A DNA stretch of 61,848 nucleotides, counting the filler. It is 6 parts of 6 records of this genome, joined end to end, with 100 filler letters (N's around TTAATTAATTAA, not from the genome) between each part and the next. Parts side by side here need not be neighbours in the genome. Positions count along the whole stretch, not along the records: positions 12,859 to 24,654 come from SRR2962707_2816; positions 24,755 to 41,250 come from SRR2962707_2824; 4 more parts are not named here. One strand, written 5' to 3'. The notes beneath the pieces were generated by a model, which was not told the origin of the DNA, ran no database searches, and saw nothing but the letters and a program-made list of their open reading frames with translations. Of the stretch, positions 19,153 to 30,066 are shown one piece after another. The position numbers and the translations under genes were made by a program. Numbering within the stretch: the stretch's first letter is position 1; each line of letters starts with the position of its first letter.

Positions 19153-20811
19153 TCAAATTCTGATCAGATGAACGTCGGTGATCGGCTTTTTGTCAAGCAA
19201 ACGGCGGAAAGAGCGCCGGGCAGCCAGTCTCACCGTTTCCGAAATATCATCATCGTTCCTGAGCTTGCGTTTCGAAAGACGGTCCATGGCATCGTATATG
19301 TCATCAGCGACCTGATCGAGGATTGCATCCTCCTCGTCCGGTTCAAGCATGCCCGTCGTCGTAATCATCATTTCCCCGACCGGCTGGGCATTCTTGTCGA
19401 TGCACAAGGATACCACGGCGGTCCCGTTCCACATGCCCTGAACACGGCTGCGGATTGCTTCTCCCTGCATCGGCACCATTCGGTTGCCATCATAGGCAAG
19501 CCGACCGGAAGGCACATGATCTACAATTGCCGGGGTGCCGGGGGCTAATCGGATCATACCGCCGTTTTCATTGACGATGGTGTGCGGCACCTGACATTCG
19601 CGGGCGAGTTCTGCATGTTTTTCAAGATGCCGCCGTTCACCGTGAACCGGGATCGATATCTGCGGGCGGACATGCTGGTACATCTCGACCAGTTCTTCGC
19701 GGTTCGGGTGACCTGATACGTGGATATGGGCATCGCTGTCTTCGATGATCCTGACGCCAAGCCGGGCCAGATTGTTCTTCATCGCGGAGATACCGACCTC
19801 GTTGCCGGGAATGACCCGGCTGGAGAAAATCACCGTATCGCCCCTCTTCATGCTGATCCGGGGATGGTTGTCGGTGGCGATTCGTGCCAGTGCGGCACGG
19901 GGTTCACCCTGTGAGCCGGTGCAGATGATCAGTTGGCGGTCATCGGGAATAAAGCCGGCGGCATCTTCATCCAGAAACGGTGCAACATCATCCAGATAGC
20001 CGCAATTTCGGGCGGCCGTGGTGGTCCGCTGAAGTGAGCGCCCCGCCAGGATGACATCCCGGCCGCAGGCTTCAGCCGCCTTGGCGACCGTGTGCAATCG
20101 CGCAACATTCGTGGCGAAACAGGCGACCGCGACCTTGCCATCACACTCGCTGATGATGCGCGTTAATGCTTCTGCCAGATCGGCCTCCGATCCGGAATGT
20201 CCTGGTGAAAAGACATTGGTGCTGTCGCAGACAATCGCCAGCACGCCCTTGTCTCCGAGACGGCTCAGCGCCGCTTCATCCGACACTTCACCGATCACCG
20301 GGTCCGGATCGAATTTCCAGTCACCGGTATGCAAAACCGTGCCCAAGGGGGTCTTGATGGCAATGCCGTTCGGCTCCGGGATCGAATGCGTCAGCGTGAT
20401 CAGATCAAGGTCGAAAGGTCCGACCGAAAAAGCACCATCGAGCGGTATTTCATGCAATTCGACTTCGTCTTCGAAATCGGTCTCGCTCAGTTTCCGTTTC
20501 AGAATCTGCATGGTGAACGGTGTCGCATAGATCGGACAGCGGATGCGGTCCCAGAGATAAGGAACGGCCCCCAGATGGTCTTCGTGTGCATGGGTCAGTA
20601 CAAGGCCGGCCAGCCGGTCACGCCGCTCGACGATGAATGACGGATCTGGCGTAATCAGGTCGATACCGGGCGGGCTGCCATCGCCAAAGGTGACACCCAG
20701 ATCGATCATCAGCCATGTTGGGTCCTTGGGATCGCCCAATCCATAAAGATTGAGGTTCATACCGATTTCACCGGCGCCGCCCAGCGGCAGGAATAACAGT
20801 TCGTCGGTCAT
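19153..20811 (-). CDS. rnj: ribonuclease J
   Basis: PLGGAGEIGMN, THAHEDHLG, HTGDWK, TGSQGEP, HVSGH, PVHGE. Confidence 0.95.
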   Translation of the reverse strand: MTDELLFLPLGGAGEIGMNLNLYGLGDPKDPTWLMIDLGVTFGDGSPPGIDLITPDPSFIVERRDRLAGLVLTHAHEDHLGAVPYLWDRIRCPIYATPFTMQILKRKLSETDFEDEVELHEIPLDGAFSVGPFDLDLITLTHSIPEPNGIAIKTPLGTVLHTGDWKFDPDPVIGEVSDEAALSRLGDKGVLAIVCDSTNVFSPGHSGSEADLAEALTRIISECDGKVAVACFATNVARLHTVAKAAEACGRDVILAGRSLQRTTTAARNCGYLDDVAPFLDEDAAGFIPDDRQLIICTGSQGEPRAALARIATDNHPRISMKRGDTVIFSSRVIPGNEVGISAMKNNLARLGVRIIEDSDAHIHVSGHPNREELVEMYQHVRPQISIPVHGERRHLEKHAELARECQVPHTIVNENGGMIRLAPGTPAIVDHVPSGRLAYDGNRMVPMQGEAIRSRVQGMWNGTAVVSLCIDKNAQPVGEMMITTTGMLEPDEEDAILDQVADDIYDAMDRLSKRKLRNDDDISETVRLAARRSFRRLLDKKPITDVHLIRI

Positions 20812-20857
20812 GTGTTGCCTTCAGTCATTTATTCACGTCTCTCAACGAACTCAATTG

Positions 20858-20942
20858 GTCATCCTGAAACTGATTCAGAACACGTTTTAAACGGGACCAT
20901 TTCGGTTGGCTGTTCCGGACCCTGAATCGGGTTCAGGGCACC
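20858..20942. repeat. degenerate two-hairpin REP/RPE-like palindromic element
   Basis: GTCATCCTGAAACTGATTCAGAAC ... GGACCCTGAATCGGGTTCAGGGCAC; two related CCTGAA..TTCAG hairpins in the coaX-rnj spacer. Confidence 0.5.
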
Positions 20943-20986
20943 GTTGCGTGTTATATGGTCTGATCGTGGCCCCAAATCAAAGTAAA

Positions 20987-21763
20987 TCAGGGCCGGTTGC
21001 GACTGGCGATGGCGAACAGGCCGCGGAGTGTCAGGTCATTATCCGTGTGCTGGATGGATGGACATGCTGCGGTGAACAGTTTGGCCAGCCCGCCGGTGGC
21101 GATGACGGCCATGTCGGGATTGCCCTTTTCCTCGCGAATGCGGGCAATGACCCCTTCGATCATGGAGGCATAGCCGTAATAGATACCGGACTGCATGGCG
21201 GAAATGGTGTTGGTGCCGATCACTTTGGCAGGCTTCCCGATATCGATGCGGGGCAGCTTGGCGGCGGCACGTTGCAGGGCTTCCAGCGAAAGGTTGACCC
21301 CCGGGGCGATCACACCGCCTTCGTAAGCACCGTCTTCGGCGACCACGTCAAAGGTCGTTGCCGTACCGAAATCGACGATGATTGCAGGACCATCGTATGT
21401 GGCATGCGCCGAAACCGCGTTGACCAGTCTATCGGCGCCGACCTCGCCGGGGCGGTCGACATGAATATCAATCCCGATCGCGACGTTGTCGTCACCGACG
21501 ACAAGTGCTCGGCAGTTAAAGTACTTTTCGCTCAGCGTTCGCAGATCAAAAAGATTTTCCGGCACGACCGTGGCGATGATCACCTCGTCGATGTCGTCAC
21601 GATTGATGTTTTCCAGCGCCATCAGCTGACGCAGCCACACCGCAAGTTCATCGGCGGTCTTTGCGGTCTTGGCCGCAGCCCGCCATTGCGCGATGATGTC
21701 TCCGTCCGGGCCGAAGACGGCGAAGACGGTGTTGGTATTGCCGCTGTCGATGGCCAGAAGCAT
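20987..21763 (-). CDS. coaX: type III pantothenate kinase
   Basis: LLAIDSGNTN, VGADR, IVDFGTATT, GGVIAPG, IATGG. Confidence 0.94.
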   Translation of the reverse strand: MLLAIDSGNTNTVFAVFGPDGDIIAQWRAAAKTAKTADELAVWLRQLMALENINRDDIDEVIIATVVPENLFDLRTLSEKYFNCRALVVGDDNVAIGIDIHVDRPGEVGADRLVNAVSAHATYDGPAIIVDFGTATTFDVVAEDGAYEGGVIAPGVNLSLEALQRAAAKLPRIDIGKPAKVIGTNTISAMQSGIYYGYASMIEGVIARIREEKGNPDMAVIATGGLAKLFTAACPSIQHTDNDLTLRGLFAIASRNRP

Positions 21764-21765
21764 GA

Positions 21766-22551
21766 CTAGGCTTCCTTCTTCGCAGGTTTGAAGTACACCT
21801 CACCGGCTGCGATCTTACGGATCTTGCCGTCCTGATTCAGCATCAATGATCCGTCTTCGGCTATGTCTTCGAAGACACCTTCCAAAGTCTCATCGCTCAG
21901 CCGTACGGTGATTACCTTGCCAATTCCCTGGGCACGCCATTTCCATTGATGGCGGATGACCTCAAAGCCGTTATCCATCCAGCGGCTCGCCCACTCCATG
22001 AAATGCCGGGCATAGGCTTCCAGAAAGACCGTATCGGCGATGACCTGACCCTGCTCGACGAAATCCGTTGCGGGATATGGGGTATCGGAAGGATGGGATT
22101 TCAGATTCACGCCAAGACCGATGATCACATAATCTACCGGCTTGCCGGCTTCCGATTTGGCTTCCAATAGGATGCCGCCGATCTTGGCATCGTTCAGAAT
22201 GATGTCATTCGGCCATTTCAAACGGCATTCAAACCCGGGGTCGCAGACTTCACCGATGGTGTCGAATACGGCACAACCGGTGACGAAGCTGAGTTCGGCT
22301 GCCTGCGCGGCAGGCACGTCGGGCCGGACGATCAGGGATGAATAGAAATTGCCTCTGGGGCTGTCCCAGCTGTTGCCCCGGCGGCCCTTGCCCTGGGTCT
22401 GTTCACGCGCCCAGACAAGTGTGCCGTCAGGGGTTTCAAGTTCCCCCTGCTCGGCGAGCTTGCGGGCTTCCGTCATGGTGCTTTCGACGGTCTCCAACGC
22501 AATGAGATTGTAGACCGCCGGCAGTCTGGGCAGAGATTGTTCTTCGCTCAT
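21766..22551 (-). CDS. birA: biotin--[acetyl-CoA-carboxylase] ligase
   Basis: [31 protein letters not shown]. Confidence 0.93.
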   Translation of the reverse strand: MSEEQSLPRLPAVYNLIALETVESTMTEARKLAEQGELETPDGTLVWAREQTQGKGRRGNSWDSPRGNFYSSLIVRPDVPAAQAAELSFVTGCAVFDTIGEVCDPGFECRLKWPNDIILNDAKIGGILLEAKSEAGKPVDYVIIGLGVNLKSHPSDTPYPATDFVEQGQVIADTVFLEAYARHFMEWASRWMDNGFEVIRHQWKWRAQGIGKVITVRLSDETLEGVFEDIAEDGSLMLNQDGKIRKIAAGEVYFKPAKKEA

Positions 22552-24020
22552 CCCGCGAAAAGTGCGGCCGCGGCAGCAGCAGCACTGGTCAGGATCGGTG
22601 CCGGATAGACAAAGAACAGGATGACGATGACCGACGTGACGCCGATGACAAATGTCATCTCGCGGCCGATCGGGGTGTCGAAGTGATCTACCGGTTCATC
22701 AAAATACATGACCTTGATGATGCGGAGGTAATAGAACGCTCCGATCACACTGGCGACCACACCGATGATGGCCAGGGCATACAGTTGTGCCTCAATCGCA
22801 GCCACGAAGACATAAAGCTTGCCGAAGAAGCCGGCCAGCGGCGGGATTCCCGCCAACGAGAACATGAACACAACCAGCGTCGCCGCCAGAAGCGGGTTGG
22901 ACTTGCCGAGACCGGCAAGATCATCAATGCCTTCAACCATCCGGCCGCCCCGGCGCATGCAGAGAATGCAGGCGAACGTCCCGACGTTCATCACCAGATA
23001 GATGGCAAGATAAACGAGCACACCTTTGACGCCGTCCTCGGTACCGGCGGCCAGGCCTACCAGCGCATAACCGACGTGACCGATGGAACTATAGGCCATC
23101 AGACGCTTGATGTTGTGCTGGTTGATGGCGGCCAGTGCGCCAAGCGCCATGGACAATACCGAAATGACGATGATGATCTGCTGCCAGTGGACGATAAGAT
23201 CACCGAACGGACCGACCATGACCCGAAGGAAGAGTGCCAGTGCGGCGATCTTGGGGGCGACGGCAAAGAATGCGGTCACCGGTGTCGGCGCACCTTCATA
23301 GACGTCCGGCGTCCACATATGGAACGGCACGGCGGAAACCTTGAATGACAGACCGGCCAGAATGAAGACGATTCCGATCACAAGGCCAGTGGAAATTTCT
23401 TGTCCGCCTGCAAACAGGGTCGCCAGCGCATCGAAGTTGGTGGTTCCCGAAAAACCGTAAACCAGCGAGGAGCCGTAAAGCAGCAAACCCGAGGCGACGG
23501 CACCGAGGACAAAGTATTTCAGACCGGCTTCTGTCGCACGATTGTCATCGCGCTGCACGGCAGCCATGACGTACAGCGACAGGGACTGCATTTCGAGCCC
23601 GACATAAAGGCTGATGAGGTCGTTTGCGGAAATCATCAAAAGCATGCCGAGGGCTGCGAAAACGATCAGGATCGGAAACTCGAAGCGGGCGATGTTGTGA
23701 CGTTCCATGAAGTCGCGTGACACTATAATTCCGAGTGCCGCGGCAATCAGGACAAGTGCCTTGCAGAACACGGCAAACTGATCGGTCACGAACATCCCTG
23801 AGAACGTAACGACGCGGGCACCGGCTACGGGGACCAGCAGGAACACGGCAAGGACCAGCGATACGATGGACAGCATGGAAACGATCCGGAACGTCGCATC
23901 GTCGTTGTCGCTGAGACCACCCTTCTGGAACACGCCGAACATCAGAAGCAACATGATCACGCCGGCCAGAAACAGTTCCGGCAATGCTGGTACGATATTG
24001 GGCATTTCGGCCACGGGCAT
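22548..24020 (-). CDS. nuoN: NADH-quinone oxidoreductase subunit N
   Basis: [46 protein letters not shown]. Confidence 0.96.
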   Translation of the reverse strand: MPVAEMPNIVPALPELFLAGVIMLLLMFGVFQKGGLSDNDDATFRIVSMLSIVSLVLAVFLLVPVAGARVVTFSGMFVTDQFAVFCKALVLIAAALGIIVSRDFMERHNIARFEFPILIVFAALGMLLMISANDLISLYVGLEMQSLSLYVMAAVQRDDNRATEAGLKYFVLGAVASGLLLYGSSLVYGFSGTTNFDALATLFAGGQEISTGLVIGIVFILAGLSFKVSAVPFHMWTPDVYEGAPTPVTAFFAVAPKIAALALFLRVMVGPFGDLIVHWQQIIIVISVLSMALGALAAINQHNIKRLMAYSSIGHVGYALVGLAAGTEDGVKGVLVYLAIYLVMNVGTFACILCMRRGGRMVEGIDDLAGLGKSNPLLAATLVVFMFSLAGIPPLAGFFGKLYVFVAAIEAQLYALAIIGVVASVIGAFYYLRIIKVMYFDEPVDHFDTPIGREMTFVIGVTSVIVILFFVYPAPILTSAAAAAAALFAG

Positions 24021-24032
24021 CGGCTTTCTCCC

Positions 24033-24654
24033 CTACTGGCCTGCTTGTTCGAGCATGCCGCTCTGAACAAGGGAACTGTTAACCTGATCAAGCAGGTGCG
24101 TGACGGATACATGCATGAAATCAAGGAACGATGACGGATAGACACCCATCCAGATGGTGATGAACAGCAGCGGAGCAAAAATAGCCATTTCGCGCCGGTT
24201 CATGTCCGTGATGCGCATGAGATTTTCTTTGGTCAGTTCGCCGAAGATGATACGGCGGTAAAGATACAGCGTATAGGCGGCGCCCAGGATCACGCCGGTG
24301 GCCGCAAATGCGGCTACCCATGTGTTGGCCTTGAAGGCACCGACCAGGACCAGAACTTCGCCGACGAAGCCGCCGGTCCCCGGCAGGCCCACGGACGCCA
24401 TGGCAAAGACCATGAATGTCAAAGCGTAGGCCGGCATTCGATTGACGAGCCCGCCATAGGCCGCGATTTCACGGGTATGGATGCGGTCATAAACAACACC
24501 GACAACAAGGAACAGTGCTGCCGATACAACCCCGTGCGACAGCATCTGGTAAATCGCCCCTTCGATGCCCTGCGTCGTCATCGTGAAGGTCCCGATGGTC
24601 ACGAAACCCATGTGCGCGATCGACGAATAGGCGATCAGCTTTTTCATGTCTTCC
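24033..24654 (-). CDS. nuoM: NADH-quinone oxidoreductase subunit M, 5' truncated
   Basis: [32 protein letters not shown]. Confidence 0.95.
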
Positions 24655-24754
24655 NNNNNNNNNNNNNNNNNNNNNNNNNNNNNNNNNNNNNNNNNNNNTT
24701 AATTAATTAANNNNNNNNNNNNNNNNNNNNNNNNNNNNNNNNNNNNNNNNNNNN
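24655..24754. other. artificial contig spacer
   Basis: N-run/TTAATTAATTAA/N-run. Confidence 0.99.
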
Positions 24755-25889
24755 GCGGGCGCGGTTCTGGAACGCCGGGCACATTCTCGGCGCCGCGTCG
24801 ATTGAAGTCGAAATCGATGACGGCAGGAAAAAGTCCGATCCTCTGCGGATTCTCTTTTCCGGCGATATCGGTCCAGACTTCAAGATGTTCCATCCCGACC
24901 CCGCTGCCCCGGAAGACTGGGATTACGTCGTCTGCGAAGGGACCTATGGTGATCGTGTTCGCGCCGATATCGATATCGCCGAACGGCGCCGGCGGCTGGC
25001 GGATGAAATCACCCAGGCCCTGTCGCGCAAGGGGGTGCTGCTGATTCCGGCATTTGCCGTCGAGCGGACGCAGGAACTGCTGGCGGATATTTCGGTGCTG
25101 ATGACGTCGGGAGAAATTCCCAGCGTGCCGCTGTTTCTCGACAGTCCCCTGGCGATCCGTGCGACCCGTGTCTTCCGCGAACACGGGGCCGAGTTGCACG
25201 ACGCCGGTGAGGGAGCGGCGTTTCTGAACGACGCCAACGTGCATTTCACGGAAACCGTCGAGCAGAGCAAATCCATCCAGCGCTATAACGGCGGCGTCAT
25301 CATCATGGCAGCCAGCGGCATGTGTGACGCCGGGCGGATCCGCCATCACCTGAAACAGTATCTGCCGTCCGAAAAAAACACGGTGCTGCTGGTCGGCTAT
25401 CAGGCCCCGGCAACACTCGGCCATCTGCTTGCCGGGGGTGCGCAGGCGGTCCGCATCCAGGGCGAAGACATCAAGGTGCGCGCACAGGTCCGCCAGGTCG
25501 ATTTCTATTCCGGACACGCCGACCGGGATGGGCTTGTCGACTGGCTGCTGAAGCGCCGGCCGGTGCGCCGCAAGATCATCCTCACGCATGGGGAGGATCA
25601 CGCGCTGACCGGTCTCCGCGACACGCTGGCCGGGCAAGGCATCGATCCCGGGACCGTGCATATTCCCGAATTCGACGAGGAATTCGACCTGTCGCGCGGG
25701 CTGGCCGCCGATACCCGCAAACGCAAGCTGCGCCGCATCCCGCAGGCCGCCGCCAGCGGCATGGACTGGCACAACGATCTGGCGCAGTTCTCGCTCGACC
25801 TCAGAGAAGCGCTTGAGGGCGCCGCCGACGAAAAATCACGCGCCGTCATTCTGCGCCGGTTGCGCCGCGCCCTGGATAAAGACCGTTAA
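24755..25889 (+). CDS. MBL-fold beta-CASP RNA-processing nuclease, 5' truncated
   Basis: Frame open from the contig edge: NAGHILGAAS, FSGDIG, EGTYG, IPAFAVERTQE, AASGMCDAGRIRHHL, YSGHAD, LTHGE. Confidence 0.9.
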
Positions 25890-25925
25890 TCGGAACCAGG
25901 CGCACAAACCCGGTCTGTTCACCAA

Positions 25926-25939
25926 TTGATCCAGGTCAT
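25926..25939. promoter_or_regulatory. possible FNR/FixK box upstream of the CBS gene
   Basis: TTGAT-CCAG-GTCAT versus consensus TTGAT-N4-ATCAA (2 mismatches). Confidence 0.3.
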
Positions 25940-26019
25940 TTAACACGTCCCCTCGCGTGTCATATCATTGTCACACAATAAAAAGCCGGTTCGCCAGCCG
26001 GGCCGCAGTGGAGGGATAC

Positions 26020-26454
26020 ATGCCGCATCGAAAACTCAAAGACATCGTCGCCGGGCAGGAACTTGTCCATGCTTCCATCGATGACACGGTCGCCGATACC
26101 ATCAAACGCATGCAGACGAACCATGTCGGGGCGGCGGTCATTCTTGATAACGGTGAACTGGTAGGTATTTTCACCGGTTCCAATTTCAACAACGGCGTGC
26201 TGGAACCGAAGCGTGACCCGCATGCAACCGGTGTCGCCGAGGTGATGACGCAAAACCCCGTATGCCTTGATTGCGAGGCCATGGGGATCGAAGCCGTGCG
26301 TCACATGCGCGAACACGGCATCCGTCACATCGTCGTGCTGAAAGACCCCGCCAACAATTACGGCGTGGTTTCCATCCGCGATTTCCCGAACGAGGAACTG
26401 GGCGACTACGAAAAGGAATTCGAGCTTGAGCAAAAGCTCTGGGAATCCATCTGA
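26020..26454 (+). CDS. CBS-pair domain protein
   Basis: RBS GGAGG; HVGAAVILDNGELVGIFT, VAEVMTQNP, MREHGIRHIVV, GVVSIRD. Confidence 0.88.
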   Translation: MPHRKLKDIVAGQELVHASIDDTVADTIKRMQTNHVGAAVILDNGELVGIFTGSNFNNGVLEPKRDPHATGVAEVMTQNPVCLDCEAMGIEAVRHMREHGIRHIVVLKDPANNYGVVSIRDFPNEELGDYEKEFELEQKLWESI

Positions 26455-26488
26455 AACCTGAAACCGGCCCTGCAGGCTTGTGTGCGGT

Positions 26489-29400
26489 TCAATCCCCGGC
26501 GACAGAACCGGCTTTCGGTTTCTGTGATCCCTGCGCGAAGAATTCCGTGATTCGGCTCAGCAGTTTGCTGGCCAGACTGCGTTCTTCATCGACCGACGCA
26601 AAATGTTCATTGCGGCGGCGCAGGTTTTCCAGTTCGCGGCGGGTCAGAATGCGGGACAGATCGTTCTTCATGTCCGGATAGCTCTCGATCACCGGCTTGA
26701 TATGTTCCTTTTTCACTTCATAGATCTGCGACGGCGTCAGCGTCGAGATCGTGGCGCCGCGGGGCTCGCCCGTCAGCAGCGCCATCTCGCCGAAGAAGTC
26801 CCCGGGGCCGAGGCGGCCGACTTCAAGCACCTCGCCGTCTTCCATCGTGATCTCGGCTTTCAGCGCCCCCTCGACGACAATGAACAGGCTGTCGCCTTCC
26901 GAACCCTGTTCGATCACGGTGCGCAGCGGCTCGAACCGGTGGCGGATCATATGCGAGCAGAGTTCTTCGATTTCCGCTTCACCGAACGGCTCGAAGACCT
27001 CCACATCGGTGATCAGCATCGGCGCCAGATCGCCGTCCTGCTTGGCGGTGTCGCTGAGGTGGAACAGGGTGAATTCCTCATGAATGACGGACTCGAACCC
27101 GGCATAGCGCAGATTGCGAACGATCTGCCGCCAGACCGCGGCGCTGAGCGGGATGCTGGCTTCGTAATCGCGACAGAAGAAGCGGACCGCGTATTCCGCC
27201 GACCATTCCATGACGCCGTTGAATTGCACCACGGCCTGCGGCGCCGGCAAAACGTCGGGTGTTGACATCACCGCATCCAGCAGAATTTTCTCGACCCATT
27301 CCGGTTTTGCGCCGGGGTCGCAGTGCACCAGAAGCTCGGCGCGGAAATGCTCATCCGGGTAGCTGAGATTTTCCAGCGTCTGGTCCGAGGCCATGGCGTT
27401 GGGAATGCAGATGATGTTCTTGTCGATGGTTTCCAGACGTGTCGTCCGCCACGTGATGTTGACGATCCGGCCCGGCTCATGACCCGGCAGACGCACCCAG
27501 TCGCCGATCCGGAACGGGCGTTCGACATTGATCGCGATGCCCGAAAAGACATTCGAGATATTCATCTGGATGGCCAGACCGATGATCATGGCAAGCACCC
27601 CGGATGTCGCCAGAAGGCTGGTGATCCGCTGATCGAAGACGAACGCCATGATACCAAGCGCCGCCAGGATATAGATCGTGCCGGAAACGAAGGCGCGGAC
27701 CACACGCGGGATTTCCCGCCGCGTGCGCAGTTCCAGCGGCTGCCAGACGAACAGTTCCATGAACTGGCTGAGCAGCCATGCCGGCACCATCCACCACATG
27801 ATCCGGACGAAAATCGGCGCCAGGTCCGCCATATAGGCGTTCGGGTAGCGGGCGGTAAAAACGCCGTCCAGCGCCGGGTCGGCCACCAACAGAAACAGCA
27901 ACGCGAACAGCGCGGTCGGAAACCATATCCATTTCTGGCGAGACGAACCGGCCAGGTGGTTGCCGAGCACGGCCATCACACCCAGCGCGAACCCGAACAG
28001 CAGGAAGGCGCGGAGTGCGAATTCCGGATCGATCAGGCGGGTCAGGCTGATGCCCTCGGGCGCCAGCCAGATACCCATGTTGATACGCGAGAAGCCTTCG
28101 ATGTTGACGCCGATGTATTCCGGATTGCCCATCACGTCGACCGGCTGGGCATCGAGAAAGATGTCCACCTTCTTAATCCGGTGCGAGCCTTCGTCATCGA
28201 ATTCAGCGACGCGGGCGATCCTGTCCTGCAGGCTTTCCGTCTGCCCGCCGTCCATCCCGACCAGGTCGGGAGTCAGGATCAGCCGCTCTCGGTTCAGCAC
28301 CGCATGCCGCATCTGGAAACCGATGACCCGGTCCCCGTTCTTTGCCGGGGACGAGAGGAAATCGGTCTGGAACGTACCATCAACCCGGTAGAGCCTGTAG
28401 TTCTGCCCGTTCTTCTCGCTTTTCTCGACCGGATCACCGAGCTTGATCGGGTTTACCGCGTTGGGAAATTCAATGGCGCTCAAATCCAGATCGCCCTTGT
28501 GGCGAAACCAGAAATTGAAGTCGATGTCGGCGGTGCGGGCCTTGAGATCGATATTGCGGATCTTGTTGATCTGCACACCCGTCGGCACCACCCGGGTCGG
28601 CGTAAAATAGCCCCCCGCGATCTGGAACACATCGCCCGCCCCGTCTTCGCGGTCGAGCACGCCGGTCGGGCTGAGCTGGATCGGTGTCGAGATCAGCCGC
28701 TGATCGCGCGAGACGCCGATCGGCACGGTCTTGATGGCATTGCCGTCACGGTTGAAATACAGCGGCCCGGTAACCCCGGTCACGGCATTGGCCGGAGTGT
28801 TGATGTCGGCCAGGAACTGCCGAAGCGCGGCGCGCCGGGATTTGATATCCCCCTGATCGGCGCCGGTTTCGGCGAGCCGCTTCAAGGCGCGGACAACGAC
28901 CGCCGCCGCATCGTGAAATCCGCCGGCGGTGACACTCGGCTCGGTGGCGTAGCGGGTCCTGTAGGTGTAGCGGAAATCCCGCGCTTTCTGGTTGGCGACG
29001 TCTTCGAGGAACGGTGCCACGGCACGCATGCCTTCAGCGTAGTCCTGCAGGCCGAAACGGGTGGTCCGTCTCGCCGCCAGTTCATCCAGCACCGATGCCT
29101 GCGCCAGAGAGTCCGGGCCGATCAGCACGTAGGGAATGGTCTTGCCGAGACGCCGGCGCTGATTGGTCTGCAGGCCGTAGACCACTTCGGCGGCGACCTG
29201 TTCGGGGACCGCGATCACCACCGGCTGACGGGCGTACGTAACTTGCAGTTCCTCGGCGACCTTGCGGATGTCGTCCTTCAGGGTCGGCGATGCGGGATCA
29301 AGCCGGAACTGCTTCAGGACCTTGACGCTGAACGCCGACAGCCGGCGCTGGAAATTCAGTTCGTCGACGACGGCTTCACCCAGCGTATCGCCGTAGGGAT

Positions 29401-29941
29401 CGGTGGTGCGGATCACATAGACTTCGTCGGCCTTCATCACCCGGCCGATATAGTTGGCGAGAAACGTGCCCTGATGCACCGTCGTCAGGCCAACCCGGAA
29501 ATACCAGTCGTTCTGGAACGTCACCGTATGCAGACCGCTGGCCCCGGTGACGGCGGGCAGGCCGTTTTCCGCATAGACCGGCGCGGCGACGGCGGACGCC
29601 TCGTCCGACAGGTGTCCGAGCACGGCGAGCACGTCGGGATCGCGGCCCAGTTCTCCGGCTATGGATTTTGCGGTCTCCGGGTTGTTGGCGTCATCATGCA
29701 CCGACAGCACCACGGCGGGGGTCTGGGCATCGCGGGCCCGGTTATAGGCATCGACCAGATCACGCGCACCGCGAAGCATGGCCTGACCGGCGGCTTCGTC
29801 CTCACCGCTCATCGGGCCGACGATGGCGATCTTGTGTGTCGCCGTCGAACTGTTGAGCCAATCCGGCGCCATGAAAAGCACCATCAATCCGGCAAATGCC
29901 AGAACCATTGTCCAGCTGAATATTCTCTTCATATTGGACAT
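26489..29941 (-). CDS. multidomain channel: periplasmic type-1 binding domain + pLGIC-ECD-like beta domain + MscS + cNMP-binding domain
   Basis: N-terminal TM; IAIVGPMSG...HDDANNPETA...VLGHLS (LivJ-like); TGVQINKIRNIDLKARTADIDFNFWFR; IGLAIQMNISNVFSGI..ERPFRIGDWV..ITWRTTRL..IPN (MscS); GPGDFFGEMALLTGEPRGAT (cNMP). Start may be 29932 by RBS spacing. Confidence 0.85.
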   Translation of the reverse strand: MSNMKRIFSWTMVLAFAGLMVLFMAPDWLNSSTATHKIAIVGPMSGEDEAAGQAMLRGARDLVDAYNRARDAQTPAVVLSVHDDANNPETAKSIAGELGRDPDVLAVLGHLSDEASAVAAPVYAENGLPAVTGASGLHTVTFQNDWYFRVGLTTVHQGTFLANYIGRVMKADEVYVIRTTDPYGDTLGEAVVDELNFQRRLSAFSVKVLKQFRLDPASPTLKDDIRKVAEELQVTYARQPVVIAVPEQVAAEVVYGLQTNQRRRLGKTIPYVLIGPDSLAQASVLDELAARRTTRFGLQDYAEGMRAVAPFLEDVANQKARDFRYTYRTRYATEPSVTAGGFHDAAAVVVRALKRLAETGADQGDIKSRRAALRQFLADINTPANAVTGVTGPLYFNRDGNAIKTVPIGVSRDQRLISTPIQLSPTGVLDREDGAGDVFQIAGGYFTPTRVVPTGVQINKIRNIDLKARTADIDFNFWFRHKGDLDLSAIEFPNAVNPIKLGDPVEKSEKNGQNYRLYRVDGTFQTDFLSSPAKNGDRVIGFQMRHAVLNRERLILTPDLVGMDGGQTESLQDRIARVAEFDDEGSHRIKKVDIFLDAQPVDVMGNPEYIGVNIEGFSRINMGIWLAPEGISLTRLIDPEFALRAFLLFGFALGVMAVLGNHLAGSSRQKWIWFPTALFALLFLLVADPALDGVFTARYPNAYMADLAPIFVRIMWWMVPAWLLSQFMELFVWQPLELRTRREIPRVVRAFVSGTIYILAALGIMAFVFDQRITSLLATSGVLAMIIGLAIQMNISNVFSGIAINVERPFRIGDWVRLPGHEPGRIVNITWRTTRLETIDKNIICIPNAMASDQTLENLSYPDEHFRAELLVHCDPGAKPEWVEKILLDAVMSTPDVLPAPQAVVQFNGVMEWSAEYAVRFFCRDYEASIPLSAAVWRQIVRNLRYAGFESVIHEEFTLFHLSDTAKQDGDLAPMLITDVEVFEPFGEAEIEELCSHMIRHRFEPLRTVIEQGSEGDSLFIVVEGALKAEITMEDGEVLEVGRLGPGDFFGEMALLTGEPRGATISTLTPSQIYEVKKEHIKPVIESYPDMKNDLSRILTRRELENLRRRNEHFASVDEERSLASKLLSRITEFFAQGSQKPKAGSVAGD

Positions 29942-30066
29942 CCCCCCTTGTTATTATTAAATGGTTCCAGATTATTAGTGTCGATGTGAAGTAATAATTT
30001 GTAACGCTGAGTTAAACGAAGTGCGGCAAAGCTCCCCCGCCGCACGCCTAAAGACGGACATGACGG

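Noticed and set aside
27323-29989. 888-aa plus-strand ORF
   Set aside because: Antisense shadow of the channel gene caused by GC-rich codon bias; no recognisable motifs.
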